From positions 63,550,001 to 63,614,000 of the forward strand of contig OX597822.1 of assembly GCA_951406725.2 (NCBI GenBank): a stretch of DNA of 64,000 nucleotides. The letters run 5' to 3'. This stretch comes from Octopus vulgaris (lineage: Eukaryota). Positions 24,645 through 37,711 of this stretch are shown here, one piece after another. Made by a program: the position numbers and the translations under genes. Numbering within the stretch: the first letter of the stretch is position 1; the number at the start of each line of letters is the position of its first letter. The notes beneath the pieces are model-generated. The model had not been told where the DNA came from and did not search any database. It saw only the letters and a program-made list of their open reading frames with translations.

Positions 24645-25197
24645 TTTTGGCAATTGTCTTCTACTATAGTCCTAGGCTGACCAGAATCATGTGAGTTGAT
24701 TTGGTAGATGGAAACTGAAAGAAGCCTGTCACACATCTATTTAGGCATTGGAGTGGTTGTGTGGTAAGTAGCTTGCTTACCAGCCAAATGGTTCCAAGTT
24801 CAGTTCCATTGTATGGCATCTTGAGCAAGTGTCTTCTACTACATAGGCTTATTCTATCGGTGTTTATGTCCCCCGTAACTTAGCAGTTCAGCAAGAGAGA
24901 CCGATAGAATAAGTACTAGGCTTACATAGAAAAAGTCCTGGGGGTGGGGTCGATTTGCTCGACTAAAGGTGCTGCTCCAGCATGACTGCAGTCAAATGAC
25001 TGAGACAAAAGAATATATATATATTGGTGTTTGTTCCCATCACCACCACCACTATCAATGTTGGTTTGTTTACATCCATGTAACTTAGCAGCTTGGCAAA
25101 AAGAGACCAATAAAGTAAGTACCAGGCTTAAAAAGAAACAAGTTCAAGCAGTACCCCAGCATGGCCACAGCTCAATGACTGAAACAATTAAAAGATA
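24645..25197 (+). mobile_element. Cluster of three partial or deleted SINE A copies
   Basis: Repeated GGAAACTGAAAGAAGCC, GTGTGGTAAGTAGCTTGC and CAGCATG.C..CAG..AATGACTGA blocks. Confidence 0.8.
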
Positions 25198-25877
25198 TAT
25201 GATTACACTGTGTGTGTGTGTGTGTGTGTGTGTACACATGCATACATATATGCAAATATGTATATTGTTTCCATCTATTACACTTACCATTTTCACTCAC
25301 AAGATTTAAGCTATAGAATAAGATGTCACATGATAGAACCAAACTTTAGACTACATAGAGTCTTGAAGCAAATTTCTGTACCACAAAACCAAAAGGGTAA
25401 AAATTCGAAATACGAGGAAACTGATGAATGTCTGTCTTGGCAACAATGGTAAAAGTAGATCTAGCAGAGTTTGTCGGGTGTCAGCAAGTCTGGTTGCTAA
25501 GAACAGTGGAAACAGCTGACATTTTAGGCTACAGCTCTTTAATAGCGTATACTCTATCTCATATATTGTATTTTGCTAGTCTCAAAAAGATATCATTATC
25601 ACCAAATATTATGAGTAGCAATAGCAATTTCACAGAATATGTTCAACTTGACACATGCTTTGTCATCTTGTATGAATTTCTATATTTCTTTGTTATTTCA
25701 TTCTTTTTTTCTCTCTTTCTATTTTTCTTTTTATCTGAAGAATCTTGCTGAGTTGTTCTCTAACCAATAATTTCATATGCTGTATTTATTTGGCTAGTTG
25801 TAACTCTAGAGTTGGCAGATTGTGCCATATATATATATATATATATATATCATATTGAGTGTATGTATTTAATGTTT

Positions 25878-26088
25878 AGGCAAGTGAAATTGTTGTTATG
25901 GCTGATGTCAGTACCACCTCACTGGCACGGGTAAAAAGCACCATACGAGCATGGTTGATGCTAGCGCTGCCTGACTGGATCCTATGCTGGTGGCATGTAA
26001 CAAAGCACCTACTACACTCTTGGAGTGGTTGGCATTAGGAAGAGCATCCAGCTGTAGAAACCTTGCCAGATCAGATTGGAGCCTGGTG
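25878..26088 (+). mobile_element. RTE-LINE 3' UTR fragment, fused to the following SINE
   Basis: GGAGTGGTTGGCATTAGGAAGAGCATCCAGCTGTAGAAACC. Confidence 0.8.
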
Positions 26089-26330
26089 TGGCTTAGTGGT
26101 TAGGGTGTCAGCATCATGATCGTAAGATTGTGGTTTCAGTTCTTGGACTGGGCGACGCGTTGTGTTCTAGAGCGAAACACTTCATTTCATGTTGCTCTAG
26201 TCCACTCAGCTGATAAAAATGAGTAACGATGCGATGGACTGGTGTCCCGTCCAGCTGGGGAACACATACGCCATTGAAACCGGGGAAACTGGGCACATGA
26301 GCCTGACTAGGCTTTAAAAGGGGGCATTTA
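26086..26330 (+). mobile_element. CORE-type SINE (family E, tail type 1)
   Basis: GTGGCTTAGTGGTTAGGG head, CORE-like block, and the tail GATGGACTGGTGTCCCGTCCAGCTGGG shared with 151-459. Confidence 0.85.
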
Positions 26331-26426
26331 TTTTATATATAACATATATAATATATTAGATATTATATATATAATATGTTATATATTATATATATAATAT
26401 ATTATATATTATATATATGATATATA

Positions 26427-26640
26427 AGGCAGTGAACTGGCAGAAATGTTAACACATTGGGCGAAATACTTAGTGGTATTTCGTCTGTCTTCAAATTCTG
26501 AGTTCAAATTCTGCCAAGGTCGACTTTGCTGTTCATCCTTCTGGGGGTCAATAAATTAAGTACCAGTTGCGTACTGGAGTCGATCTAATCAACTGGCCCC
26601 TCCCCTAAAATTTCAGGTCTTGTGCCTTGAGTAGAAAAGA
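26427..26640 (+). mobile_element. SINE family B
   Basis: Near-consensus copy. Confidence 0.88.
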
Positions 26641-27056
26641 ATGTGTGTGTGTGCAATGGGGAGGATTATACTATGCATTCATATCATGTGTGTGTATGTA
26701 AGTAATAGGAAAGATTGTGTTACATAATTTCATAAACTGTGTGTGTGTGCTTATGTGTGTATGTGTGTGTGGTGCATTTGTATAAATCTTATTTAATAGA
26801 GTTGGACACTTGTGTTACTTTTCGTGATAGTGGTGGTGGTGGTGGTGAAGAGATTGTATTTTGTTCTGTAATCTATTTTTATAAATGTTTCACACAATAA
26901 ACTTACTTGTGGATTTAATGTGAGTGAGAATAACACCTGAAAGGTACACAAACACACCCTGTTGTAAAATACAATCTAATGGAAAAAAAAAACAAAAACA
27001 TCCTAAGCCAAATGGCGTAATCCTTTCCTCTATTTATACCCCGCTCCCTGCTACCC

Positions 27057-27400
27057 ATCATCTTTTTGACTGTGGCCATGTTAGAGCACTGAAATGACCT
27101 CAGTAGTTACTTTTATTAAAATCATGGTGCTTTTTTAAATCATGGTCTCTTTTGCCGAACCATTAAGTTACAGGGACATAAACACACCAACACCTCTTGC
27201 CAAGGTGTGGGACACACACACACACACACACACACACAATAGGCTTCTTTCAGTTTTTGTTTGCCAAATTCACTCTCAAGGCTTTGGCTGGCCCAAGGCT
27301 ATAGTTAAAGCCACTTGCCTAATGTGCCATGTGGTGGAACTGAACCCAGAACCATGTGGTTTGGAAGCAAACCTTTTACCACAAGCCGTGCCAGAGCCTA
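27057..27400 (-). mobile_element. SINE family A variant (sister of 29401-29681)
   Basis: Family A blocks plus private changes shared with the 29401 copy. Confidence 0.8.
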
Positions 27401-27512
27401 TGTGTATTTTGTGTGTGGTGGGGATGAAGAAGAATTTCCTGGGAAACATTTTATTGGTCTATCTTTCTTACTTCTATGAAATATTTTCCTTTATTCTTTA
27501 GCTATTTTTTTT

Positions 27513-27555
<43 letters not shown>

Positions 27556-28309
27556 TTTAATCTAGCACCTGTTATAGAGAAAATATTTCCTTAAACCTGT
27601 ATGGTGAAGGGAAGGTTGGAGAAGGCTTATGACTACACCTCACAGAAAGAGGTCAAGAAATTGGAAAATCCAACATACAACTAGTTAATAATCACTTTCC
27701 CACTTGTCTTTTTCAACATGTAAGTATAGATTCACAATCTCTTTCTCCCGTTTAGCTCAGCTATTGCATTCCTTTACTTTAGATTCCTGGCTGACTGCCT
27801 GAATACAGACAGAAAGAGAGAGAGAGAGAGAGAAAGAAAGAATAAGAGAGAGAGGGAGTAATTTATTCTACTACAAATATCCCATGATTATTATAGAACT
27901 GCTTCTAACCAAACATTTTCATTTCAAAGTAAGTCAGTAGTTTTGAAGAAATTAGACAAAGTTTTGAGGAACTTGTTGTCTGTGTTTGAAATATTGTCTT
28001 CCAAGACTTATTGGTGGACTAAGTTCAGCTACCACTGCTATTACTACAACTACTACCACTACCCTCAAGTATCGTAATCCGAGTCTCAAATATGGCTGGA
28101 ATCTTTTGGTGAATAAATTCCTTGAATTTTCTCGTTTGGAAGGCATGATTATTAAAGCAGTGAAGTTCGTCGGAGTGCCAAATGAGAATAAATGATATCT
28201 GATGTTTCCACTCAGATCTTGATCAGAAAATTGACTCTTGTAATTTTAGTAGTGTGTATTTATTCATGAAAATAAAATATTTGATGGCAGAAAAAAAAAA
28301 AAAGAAAAA

Positions 28310-28585
28310 GTCTCCTCGTTGTCCTCCTCCTTTTCCTCCTACTCCTTCCCTCCTCTCACTTCCCTTCCCACCTCCTCTCCCCTTCCCTTTATTGTCTGCC
28401 TCCTCCTACTTTGTTGTTCTCTTCATACTCCTCCAGTTTCTCCTCCTCCTTCAACACTTTCTCTTCCTACTCTCCTCTCCCTCGGCTCCTCCTCTGCCCT
28501 CCCTTGTCTCCTCCTCTTCCCTTCCTTGTCTCTTCTTTCCCTCCTCCTCATCATCATTATCATTACCACCATCACCATCACCACA
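28310..28585. repeat. Polypyrimidine (CCT/CT-rich) low-complexity tract ending in (CAT/CAC)n
   Basis: Directly visible. Confidence 0.9.
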
Positions 28586-29400
28586 CTATATCCACTTTTC
28601 TTTACCAGCATGAGTTGGACAGGTTGTCATGAATTGTCTCCTTATTTGGAATTGCTGCACTCTTAGATGGGTTAGAGATAAAGTCTCACTTGTACATACC
28701 ATATTTGTCATGTTTTCTAAGGCTGGATACACTTTCTAACATGGACCACCTTATAACATTTAACAAGTCCCTTCTATATCGTTCATTAGTTTATGTAACA
28801 AGCACTCTCTACCCTCCATTATGTCCATTCTATAGCCAACTACTTCACAAAGTACACTGGATGCATTTTATCGTGGCACCAACACAGAGAGATTGCTTTG
28901 TCTTTGGCTAAACTAAAATGTTTTCTCTGTTCTTTATTGTTTCCATTTGTATTCCAATTCATCTGACAGTGTATACTCAGTGCGCCAGCACTATTGAGGC
29001 TGTCATGTCCTCAGCAAGACAAAAGAGACATCTCTTTCTTTCATTGTCTCTGTTTGTTCACCACACTGTGCAGGATATACTTGGTGCATTTTGTTATGGC
29101 ACTCCAAATAACATGCACCCATAATTACATACACACAGCAAAACTTGTATTATTTATTAAAATCAATAAAAAGAGTACTGCGAACTTGTTGTGAGGAGTG
29201 GAAAACCCAGCAATTCTGACAAAATCATCCTTAAAGAAAAAGTTGACAAGAACAAACTTAAAAAGAGACACCAGGGTATCACATCTTCCCCAAGGGGTGC
29301 TCCTGTCAACATTTCCTTGGAGAAGAACTCAGTCCAAAACATGGAATTTTCCATTCTTTATGGCAAGTTCACCATATTCTTTTTGTTGATTTTTATATAT

Positions 29401-29681
29401 ATCATCTTTTTGACTGTGGCCATGTTAGGGCACTGAAATGATCTCAGTAGTTACTTTTAAGTCATGGTCTCTTTTACCGAACCACTAAGTTACAGGGACA
29501 TAAACACACCAACACCTCTTGCCAAGCAGTGGTGGGACACACACTCACACACAGACACATACAATGGGCTTCTTTCAGCTTTTGCTTGCCAAATCCACTC
29601 ACAAGGCTTTGGTTGACCCAAGGCTATAATAAAAGACACTTGCCTAATGTGCCACATGGTGGAACTGAACCCAGAACCATG
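29401..29681 (-). mobile_element. SINE family A variant, truncated by the adjacent SINE E
   Basis: Sister of 27057-27400. Confidence 0.8.
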
Positions 29682-29990
29682 GGATTGCAGTTAGGAAGTT
29701 CCCCTGTGAGTCATAAGTCTAGGCAAGGTTGTTTATGGAAGACTAGCAGTTACCCATGCATCCCAGCCTCCCCTCTCTATGCCACTGATGTTGTCCAAAA
29801 GGAAAGGCAAAGGGCGATATAGCTTGGTACCATTGATATTGCAACTCATTTCTACAGCTGAGTGAACTGGAGCAATATGAAATAAAGTGTCTTGCCCAAG
29901 AACACAACATACAGCCTGGTCCGAGAATCGAACTCACTACCTCATGATTGTGAGCCTAATGCTCTAAGCGCTGAGCCATGCACTTTCTCA
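29682..29990 (-). mobile_element. CORE-type SINE (family E, tail type 3)
   Basis: Minus-strand head ATGGCTCAG..TTAGAGC..GAGTTCGATTC and CORE-like TTCTTGGGCAAGACACTTTATTTC. Homologous to 55415-55670. Confidence 0.8.
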
Positions 29991-30915
29991 CAGACACACA
30001 CACGCATTCTCTCTCTCTCTCTTTCTCGTTTTTTATCATGGGCTTTGGGGTTTTGAAATGGTTCGTCAAGGAGTGATGGTTTTTCATTTTTTTAGTCTCA
30101 TCATTGTGATTAGTCTGATTAATGAGTAACAGTCTTCTGCTACAGTTTGTGATCCAGTTTATGAAACATCATTTGGTTATCAAATTTTGCTACATTTATG
30201 ATATAGTGTTATTGAATTGTCTCGTCTAAAGTTATGGCAAGAGAAGTAGCTAACTGAACACTTAGCAACAAATACTTGGTTTTAACCCTCTTTGGTCTAA
30301 ATTCATGAAATTATTTTTTTCAAGCATAAAATATATGTTGTTTTTGGTTGATATGCACCTAAACACTGCTTTTTTACGAAACCCATCTGTATTTTTTGTT
30401 ATCATAAAAAAATTAGTGATGTGACATGACTGCTGGGATTGTGTTGTCCTAGAGATGCCATTTCCCTGAATAAATATTTACGAAACTAATCATTCTTTTG
30501 AAATACCATATAGAGCAAGGAAATATATAACTACGTAGCTATGTTATAAAGTAAGAGCATTAAACCTGAAGGAGCCAAATAATTTTTCTAAAGAGAATTG
30601 TAAACACAATGATCCTCCTTGTACATTTAAGGAGCAGCTATTTTCCTCTGCCTTTATTGTTTCTGCTTATGAAATGATTAGTATGAGACGATTGGTTGTG
30701 GCTACTTGGATACTGACAATTTGGCACAGCTGACTGGATATTCTGCCTGTTTTGGTGACGGTACAGTACATTTTAGCACTGGAGGCAAACATACACACAT
30801 GCACACACAGAAATATACTCATATAAATAGAGCATATGAGAAAGAAAGAAAGAGAGAGAGATTACAGTTTATTAATTGAACAACATTACTATAAACGTTT
30901 TACCTACGCTTATAT

Positions 30916-31380
30916 ACATCATCATCATCATCATTTAACATCCACTTTCAATGCTAACATGGGTTGGGCAATTTGACTGAGGACTGGTGAACCAGATGGC
31001 TGCACCAGGCTCCAATCTGATCTGGCAGAGTTTCTACAGCTGGATGCCCTTCTTAACACCAACCACACTGAGAGTGTAGTGGGTGCTTTTACATGCCACT
31101 GGCACAAGGGCCAGTCAGGCGGTACTGGCAACGACCAAGCTCAAATGGTGTTTTTTACGTGCCACCTGCAGAGGAGCCAGTCCAGTGGCACTGGCAACGA
31201 CCTCTCTCAAATGTTTTTTCACGTGCCAGTAAGGTGACACTGGTAACAATCATGCTCGAATGGTGCTTTTTATTTGCCACCGGCATGGAAGCCAGTCAGC
31301 TCCTCTGGCAACGATCACACTCTGATGGTGCTCTTAGCGCTCCACTAGCATGGATGCCAGTCATCGAATTTGATTTCAAG
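30916..31380 (-). mobile_element. RTE-LINE 3' UTR
   Basis: (CAT)n tail; reverse complement of the copy at 44657-45124. Confidence 0.88.
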
Positions 31381-31398
31381 TGCTTTTTATGTGCCACT

Positions 31399-31481
<83 letters not shown>

Positions 31482-31812
31482 TAAAACATCTGATGTCAAA
31501 TAAGTCAGTGGTGCCAAAACAGATGTGCCAAAATTTCTCATATGCTGAAAAGATGATGCCATAGTTGCACAAGCTTTAGAAGTCGAATCTAAATGATGTA
31601 ATGGTTTTGTTTTTGGACATAGATTTCTCACAAGACTTTGAGATTAGATTCATGGAACATATGTTCCATCTGTCTTGAAAGTTTATCCTTTCAACGTATA
31701 TCAAATCCCAGTAAAGCATATCTAACAAATTGAACTCCTTGTGTTTCATCGATTAACTTTCATAGATGTGGTTTTGAATCTTTACTGTGTCATATAGTAC
31801 TAATATCATCAG

Positions 31813-32135
31813 TGAAGGCACGTGGCTTAGTGGTTAGGGCATTCGGCTCATGATTGTAAGGTTGTGAGTTCAATTCCTGGCAACACGTTGTGTCTTTGAG
31901 CAAGACACTTTATTTCCCATTGCTCCAGTCCACTCAACTGGCAAAAATGAGTAGTACCTGTATTTCAAAGGGCTGCCGGCCTTGTCACACTCTGTGTCAT
32001 GCTGAATCTCCCTGAGAACTATGTTACAGGTACACGTGTCTGTGGATTGCTCAGTCACTTGCACATTAATTTCACGAGCAGGCTGTTCCTTTGATCGTAT
32101 CAGCTGGGACCCTCGTCGTCATAACCGACAGAGGA
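31813..32135 (+). mobile_element. CORE-type SINE (family E, tail type 4)
   Basis: GAAGGCACGTGGCTTAGTGGTTAGGGC...GAGTTCAATTCC head, TTGAGCAAGACACTTTATTTC CORE-like block and a distinct tail. Confidence 0.85.
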
Positions 32136-32483
32136 CTCTCTCAATATCGTCACCATCGTCATTATTTAACACTCACTTTTCCATGCTTGCATGAGTCAGA
32201 CAATTTGTTGAGGCAGATTTTCTATATCCAAATACCCTTCCTCTCACCAACTACCCTCCATCTATTTCCAAGCAAGGTCATACTTCTCTTAGTCAGTCAT
32301 GTTTTCCACAGATGACTAGTAATGAATGACATTGCTGGTATGATGGTAATGCTTATTATGTGTGTATTCAAGACAAGGGTATACAAACACACACACACAC
32401 ACACACATTTATATGCACATGCAATGGGTTTCTTTCAGTTTCTATCTACCAAACCCATTCTCTAAGCTTTTTAGTAGTTACAT

Positions 32484-32722
32484 AAAAAACACCATTTGAG
32501 CATGGCCGTCGCCAGTACCACTTGACTAGCCCTCGTGCCAGTGGCACGTAAAAGCACCCACTACAATTTCAGAGTGGTTGGTGTTAAGAAGGGCATCCAG
32601 CTGTAGAAACTCTGCCAGATCAAGATTGGAGCCTGGTGCAGCCATCTGGTTTGCCAGTCCTCAGTCAAATTGTCCAACCCATGCTAGCATGGAAAGCGGA
32701 TGTTAAACAATGATGATGATGA
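32484..32722 (+). mobile_element. RTE-LINE 3' end
   Basis: Consensus 3' UTR and (GAT)n tail. Confidence 0.88.
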
Positions 32723-33084
32723 TTATGTTGGAAATCTTTATTTTAATGGTACTAAAAAATTTGTTGAATGTTGTCTGGTTTGTTCCTTGAACAGATCAAG
32801 TAATTCAATAAAAGCACTGTCATTATCTTGCAAAGTTCCCACACTGCTTTTATATAGAAGTTTCCAGAAGCTACTACAGTACAACTAACTACTTAATATC
32901 TCCTTTGTAGTTCCAGGGTGAGTGGGCAGGTCTCCCTCAAATGGTGACATAGGCAGGTAAATGATGGACACAGATGGGACACGATTCATAAAAATAGTCT
33001 AGTTTCATTGTAAGAATAGTCTTTAAAACAGTTTAAATCAGCAAATTGAAATAAGAATGTTGCACCATTTCTAAAGCATGTCTG

Positions 33085-33478
<394 letters not shown>

Positions 33479-34014
33479 GTTAATTTTAATTGACCATACC
33501 TTTCTCTACCCAAGACTGCTCTCTGGCCTGATTGTCAGATTGTCCCGTGATTGTCCCCGATTTTTCTGAAGAGAACATTCTAAAGGAGAAAAAGACAAGG
33601 CTGAGCTAAAACAAACTTCTGTTCAATGAAAAAGTTGAGAAGTTTGTTTTTTTTCTAATATTTTTTTAAAAAACTTTTTAAAGTAGGGATATTGTCTCCA
33701 CCCCTTCACATGAAATGATTAATGTTATGCCTGATGGTGAAGCAGCAAACTTGATGGTAAACAAGGACGGGGTCTCCTTGATTGCTATTGATCTTTGTCA
33801 GTCATCAAATCATATCACATTGCTTGAGCAGATGTTTGATAACCACAAAAGAGTTGAGTGGAATGGAGTGGGTGGGGGAAAAACTGAATGTGAGTGAGAG
33901 TGGAGTGAGGTAAGGGTAGGAGTTAGAGGTAACATTGATATGGCTTGGAGAGTTTGTGGGGTGGGGATGGGGTGACAGCAGACATTAAATGATGATTATG
34001 ATGATGATATATAC

Positions 34015-34178
34015 AGGCGCAGGAGTGGTTGTGTGGTAAGTAGCTTGCTTACCAACCACATGGTTCCGGGTTCAGTCCCACTGCGTGGCACCTTGGGCAA
34101 GTGTCTTCTACTCTAGCCTTGGGCTGACCAAAGCCTTGTGAGTGGATTTGGTAGACAGAAGCTGAAAGAAGCCCGTCG

Positions 34179-34219
<41 letters not shown>

Positions 34220-34420
34220 ATATGTTTGTGAGTGTGTCCCCAACATCGCTTGACAACCGATGCTGGAGTGTTTACGTTCCTGTAACTTAGTGGTTTGGCA
34301 AAAGAGACCGATAGAATAAGTACTAGGCTTACAAAGAATAAGTTCTGGGGTTGATTTGCTCGACTAAAGGTGGTGCTCCAGCATGGCCACAGTCAAATGA
34401 CTGAAACAAGTAAAAGAGTA
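34015..34420 (+). mobile_element. SINE family A, full length
   Basis: GGCGCAGGAGTGG head through the AGTAAAAGAGTA tail. Confidence 0.92.
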
Positions 34421-34429
34421 TACACATAC

Positions 34430-34895
34430 ACACATGACAAACTTCTTTCAGTTAGTTTCCATCTACCAAATCCACTTACATGGCTTTGGTTAACCCAAGG
34501 CTATATAGTAGAAGACATTTGCTCAAAGTGCTGTGCAGTGGGGCTGAACCTGAAACCATGTAGTTGGGAAGCAAACTTCTTACCACACAACCACACCTGT
34601 GCCTCTGAATACAGACAGAAATTGCTATTGTGATTTACTGCTGTGTGACTTACTTCCTTAACACCAACGATTCTATTGTCAAATAAGATGTTGTAACTGT
34701 TGTTATCATCTTGGTTGACTGTATAAAGCAAACCAGAATATTTTATCATATAATAACAATGTCAAGATTGAATTTATTCTACTTTGGTCTCTTTTGCCGA
34801 ACCGCTAAGTTACGGGGACGTAAACACACCAGCATCGGTTGTCAAGCAATGTTGGGGGACACACACAAACACACACACACACACACCACACCACC

Positions 34896-34951
<56 letters not shown>

Positions 34952-35088
34952 CCACACACACACACATACACATATATATATACATATATACGATGGGCTT
35001 CTTTCAGTTTCCGTCTACCAAATCCACTCACAAGGCTTTGGTCGGCCCGAGGCTATAGTAGAAGACACTTGCCCAAGGTGCCATGCAG
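34430..35088 (-). mobile_element. Two partial SINE A copies (34430-34603 and 34783-35088), the second with (CAC)n(AAC)n inside
   Basis: Reverse-complement family A blocks. Confidence 0.85.
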
Positions 35089-35427
35089 TTATTTAAATCA
35101 TTAATATCTAAATGGTTAAAATTCCTCTTTTTCGAACAGCTGCTACTGAGATGCTTCTTACAATGCAGCACCAGGAATTTGCTGTCTTATGTTAGCTTTG
35201 GTTGGTCCTCAGTTTCAGGCTGTTTGTCTTTGCCAATAACATCAATTTAGTTGCATGGTCTTTGTCCTCTACAGGCAATATTTTAATCTAGGTTATTCAC
35301 GTAACAGTAGTACCAGATCAGCAGGGTGTTGCATTCAGATAACCAGCAGGGTTGTGTATGTGATCAGAATGGTGTTTTAATAATTACTTTGGAAGTGATT
35401 ATCAACAGTGCTGTGATTAAGATAATG

Positions 35428-35937
35428 TATGAAGTGGTATCAAAAAGTTCCTGGACTGCTCCTGTAGCATGCCAACAGGTGGCAGCACACAGTTGTGTGC
35501 ACAGTGAGAGTTAGCAGTGACCCTTCATGAGGCAGTGTGCCAAGTGACATTGTTGTGTTTACTTTGCAATTTGTGAAATTTGTGATTTTGTGATCACCTG
35601 TATGGTGTAGTCTGCGATTTTGTCACGGACAGGAACAAAGAGCCCATGTAAAATTATGCATTAAATTTGGGAAGTCTACAACAGAGATGTTGAACATACA
35701 GTGGCAAGCTTACAGCAACAAGGCAATGAGTCCATACGCAATGTTCTGAGTGGTATGGGCATTTCAAAAGCAGAAGAATATCCCCGGAAGAGATGAGCAA
35801 TCTGGAAGGTCTGCCACGAATGTCACCCCTGGAAATGTAGTATTGTGCACTGAATTTGTTCCCCAGGGCCAGGCCATCAATTGAGAGTTCTACTGCGATG
35901 TTTTGAAGCATTTGAGGAAGGACATTTGGTGAAAAGG
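35428..35937 (+). mobile_element. Internally deleted mariner (Tc1/mariner) transposon remnant
   Basis: 5' TIR-like TATGAAGTGGTATCAAAAAGTTCCTGGACT. Decayed transposase: QRAHVKLCIKFGKSTTEML..QAYSNKAMS/TQCSEWYGHFK..DEQSGRSA (HTH region) joined to EFVPQGQAIN*EFYCDVLKHLRKDI (catalytic region). Confidence 0.88.
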
Positions 35938-35998
35938 ACAAAGAAGTTTGTCATAGGTGTAGGAAATATTTCACACAATATAAGAGAAATGAGTTTAA

Positions 35999-36134
35999 CC
36001 CTTTAGTGTTCAGATTACTCTGTTAAATGTAATAATTTTTCACTCAAATTGTTTTGAATTAATCATACATTATCTTGAATGTAAAACATGGATAATATCT
36101 GGGCCAGATATGGCCGGTTTAAACACTAAATGAG
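35999..36134 (+). mobile_element. piggyBac-type MITE (family P2), deleted copy
   Basis: TTAA|CCCTTTAGTGTT...AACACTAAATGAG, homologous to 41394-42011. Confidence 0.7.
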
Positions 36135-37325
36135 TTTAAAATTGTTTGGTATGTGTCACAGCACATTTTTTAAGAACCTGGCTACACCCCTGGAGGTGGG
36201 TGGAATATATCTATATATCTTCTCTTTGGTCTTGTGATAACACCATGAGATGTTTTAAACCCTTATAAGAGGCTTACTGTCATCAATTTCAATCTTGAAG
36301 CTCTTTCTTCATAGTCCAGATTTCTCTACATTTGCCTCAAAGGACAGCTTTGATGACTAAGTTTTGGCCAAACAATTAGGTTTTGATTCCTGATAGTGAA
36401 ATGTCTTTTGTGTCTAGAAATTCTTGTTGAATTTGTACAAATGCGATGAAAGGTGACTTGAATTGATGATCTCAATATTGATCCTCCTGCCAAGGTCAAT
36501 TTTATTATTCATCCTTCTGGAAGATCAATAAAATACAATACTGGTCAAGTGCTGATGACTTTTACAATTGATTAAACCTCCCTCTCTAATATGAGGCCTT
36601 GTGTGTATATGTTAAACATCAATATCATATTGGATTGTGGAGCGATAGATTAAGTGTTTTGCCATATTTAGTTACTTCTCTTTATGTTTTAAGTTCAACT
36701 CCTACCAAAGTTCACTTTTTGATTCATCCTTTCTGAGTTAATAAAATAAGAACCATTCAGGGACATGGTTGATTTAATCAACTATACTTTCTCTATCCTG
36801 AAATTATGTTAGAAATCAATATTAAGATGGCTAAAACGGTGGTAGATTGGTAGAATGTGGAGTGATGGATAAGATACTTTGTAGTATTTAGTTGCATAGA
36901 TTTACGTTCTTAGATCAAATCCCACCAAAGCTGCTTTTAAGTCTGGTGCAGTCTTCTGCCTGGCCAGCTCCTGTCAAATCATCCAATCCATGCTAGCATG
37001 GAAGGCAGATGTTAAATGACGATGATGATGTTGTTTTCCAAAAGTGTCTCAACCTCAACCTCAAGGCACATGCCTTAGCTCGGCGTTCGCCATCCGCCTG
37101 TCGCGTTCGCACAGTGAGTGGCAGCATAGTCAGCGGAATTGCCATTTTGGGACATTGGTGGCAGCGGTGGTCCCACCATCGTAGTTGATGTCCCGCCCGA
37201 CTTGTTCGAAGACAAAAAGGATTGCATACAATGTGACTTGCAGTTTGGAGTGACGTGCTTAGTAGAGCAGCTACCACACTGTGATCTATTGAGTCTCTTC
37301 TCGTAAACAACACAATCCGCTCTTT

Positions 37326-37711
37326 ATAGGCACAGGAGTGGCTTTGTGGTAAGTAGCTTGCTTACCAACCACATGGTTTTGGGTTCAGTCCTACTGCGTA
37401 GCACCTTGGGCAAGTGTCTTCTACTATAGCCTTGGGCTGACCAAAGCCTTGTGAGTGGATTTGGTAGACGGAAACTGAAAGAAGCCTGTCGTATATATGT
37501 ATGTATGTATGTATGTATTTGTGTGTGTGTCCCCAAAATCGCTTGACAACTGATGCTGGTGTGTTTACATCCCTGTAACTTAGCGGTTCAGCAAAAGAGA
37601 CCGATAGACTAAGTACTAGGCTTACAAAGAACAAGTCTTGGAGTTGATTTGCTTGACGAAAGGCAGTGCTCCAGTATGGCCACAGTCGCATGACTGAAAC
37701 AAGTAAAAGAG
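37326..37711 (+). mobile_element. SINE family A, full length
   Basis: Consensus head, CORE-like block and tail. An inverted partial copy follows at about 37800-37983. Confidence 0.9.

Noticed and set aside
29163-29436. Overlapping short ORFs on both strands in unique sequence
   Set aside because: No recognisable domain and no convincing splice-site pair.
37120-37190. Faint resemblance to the Pif1/Helitron helicase SGIAA motif
   Set aside because: Only a 4-residue match, and the surrounding motif is absent.
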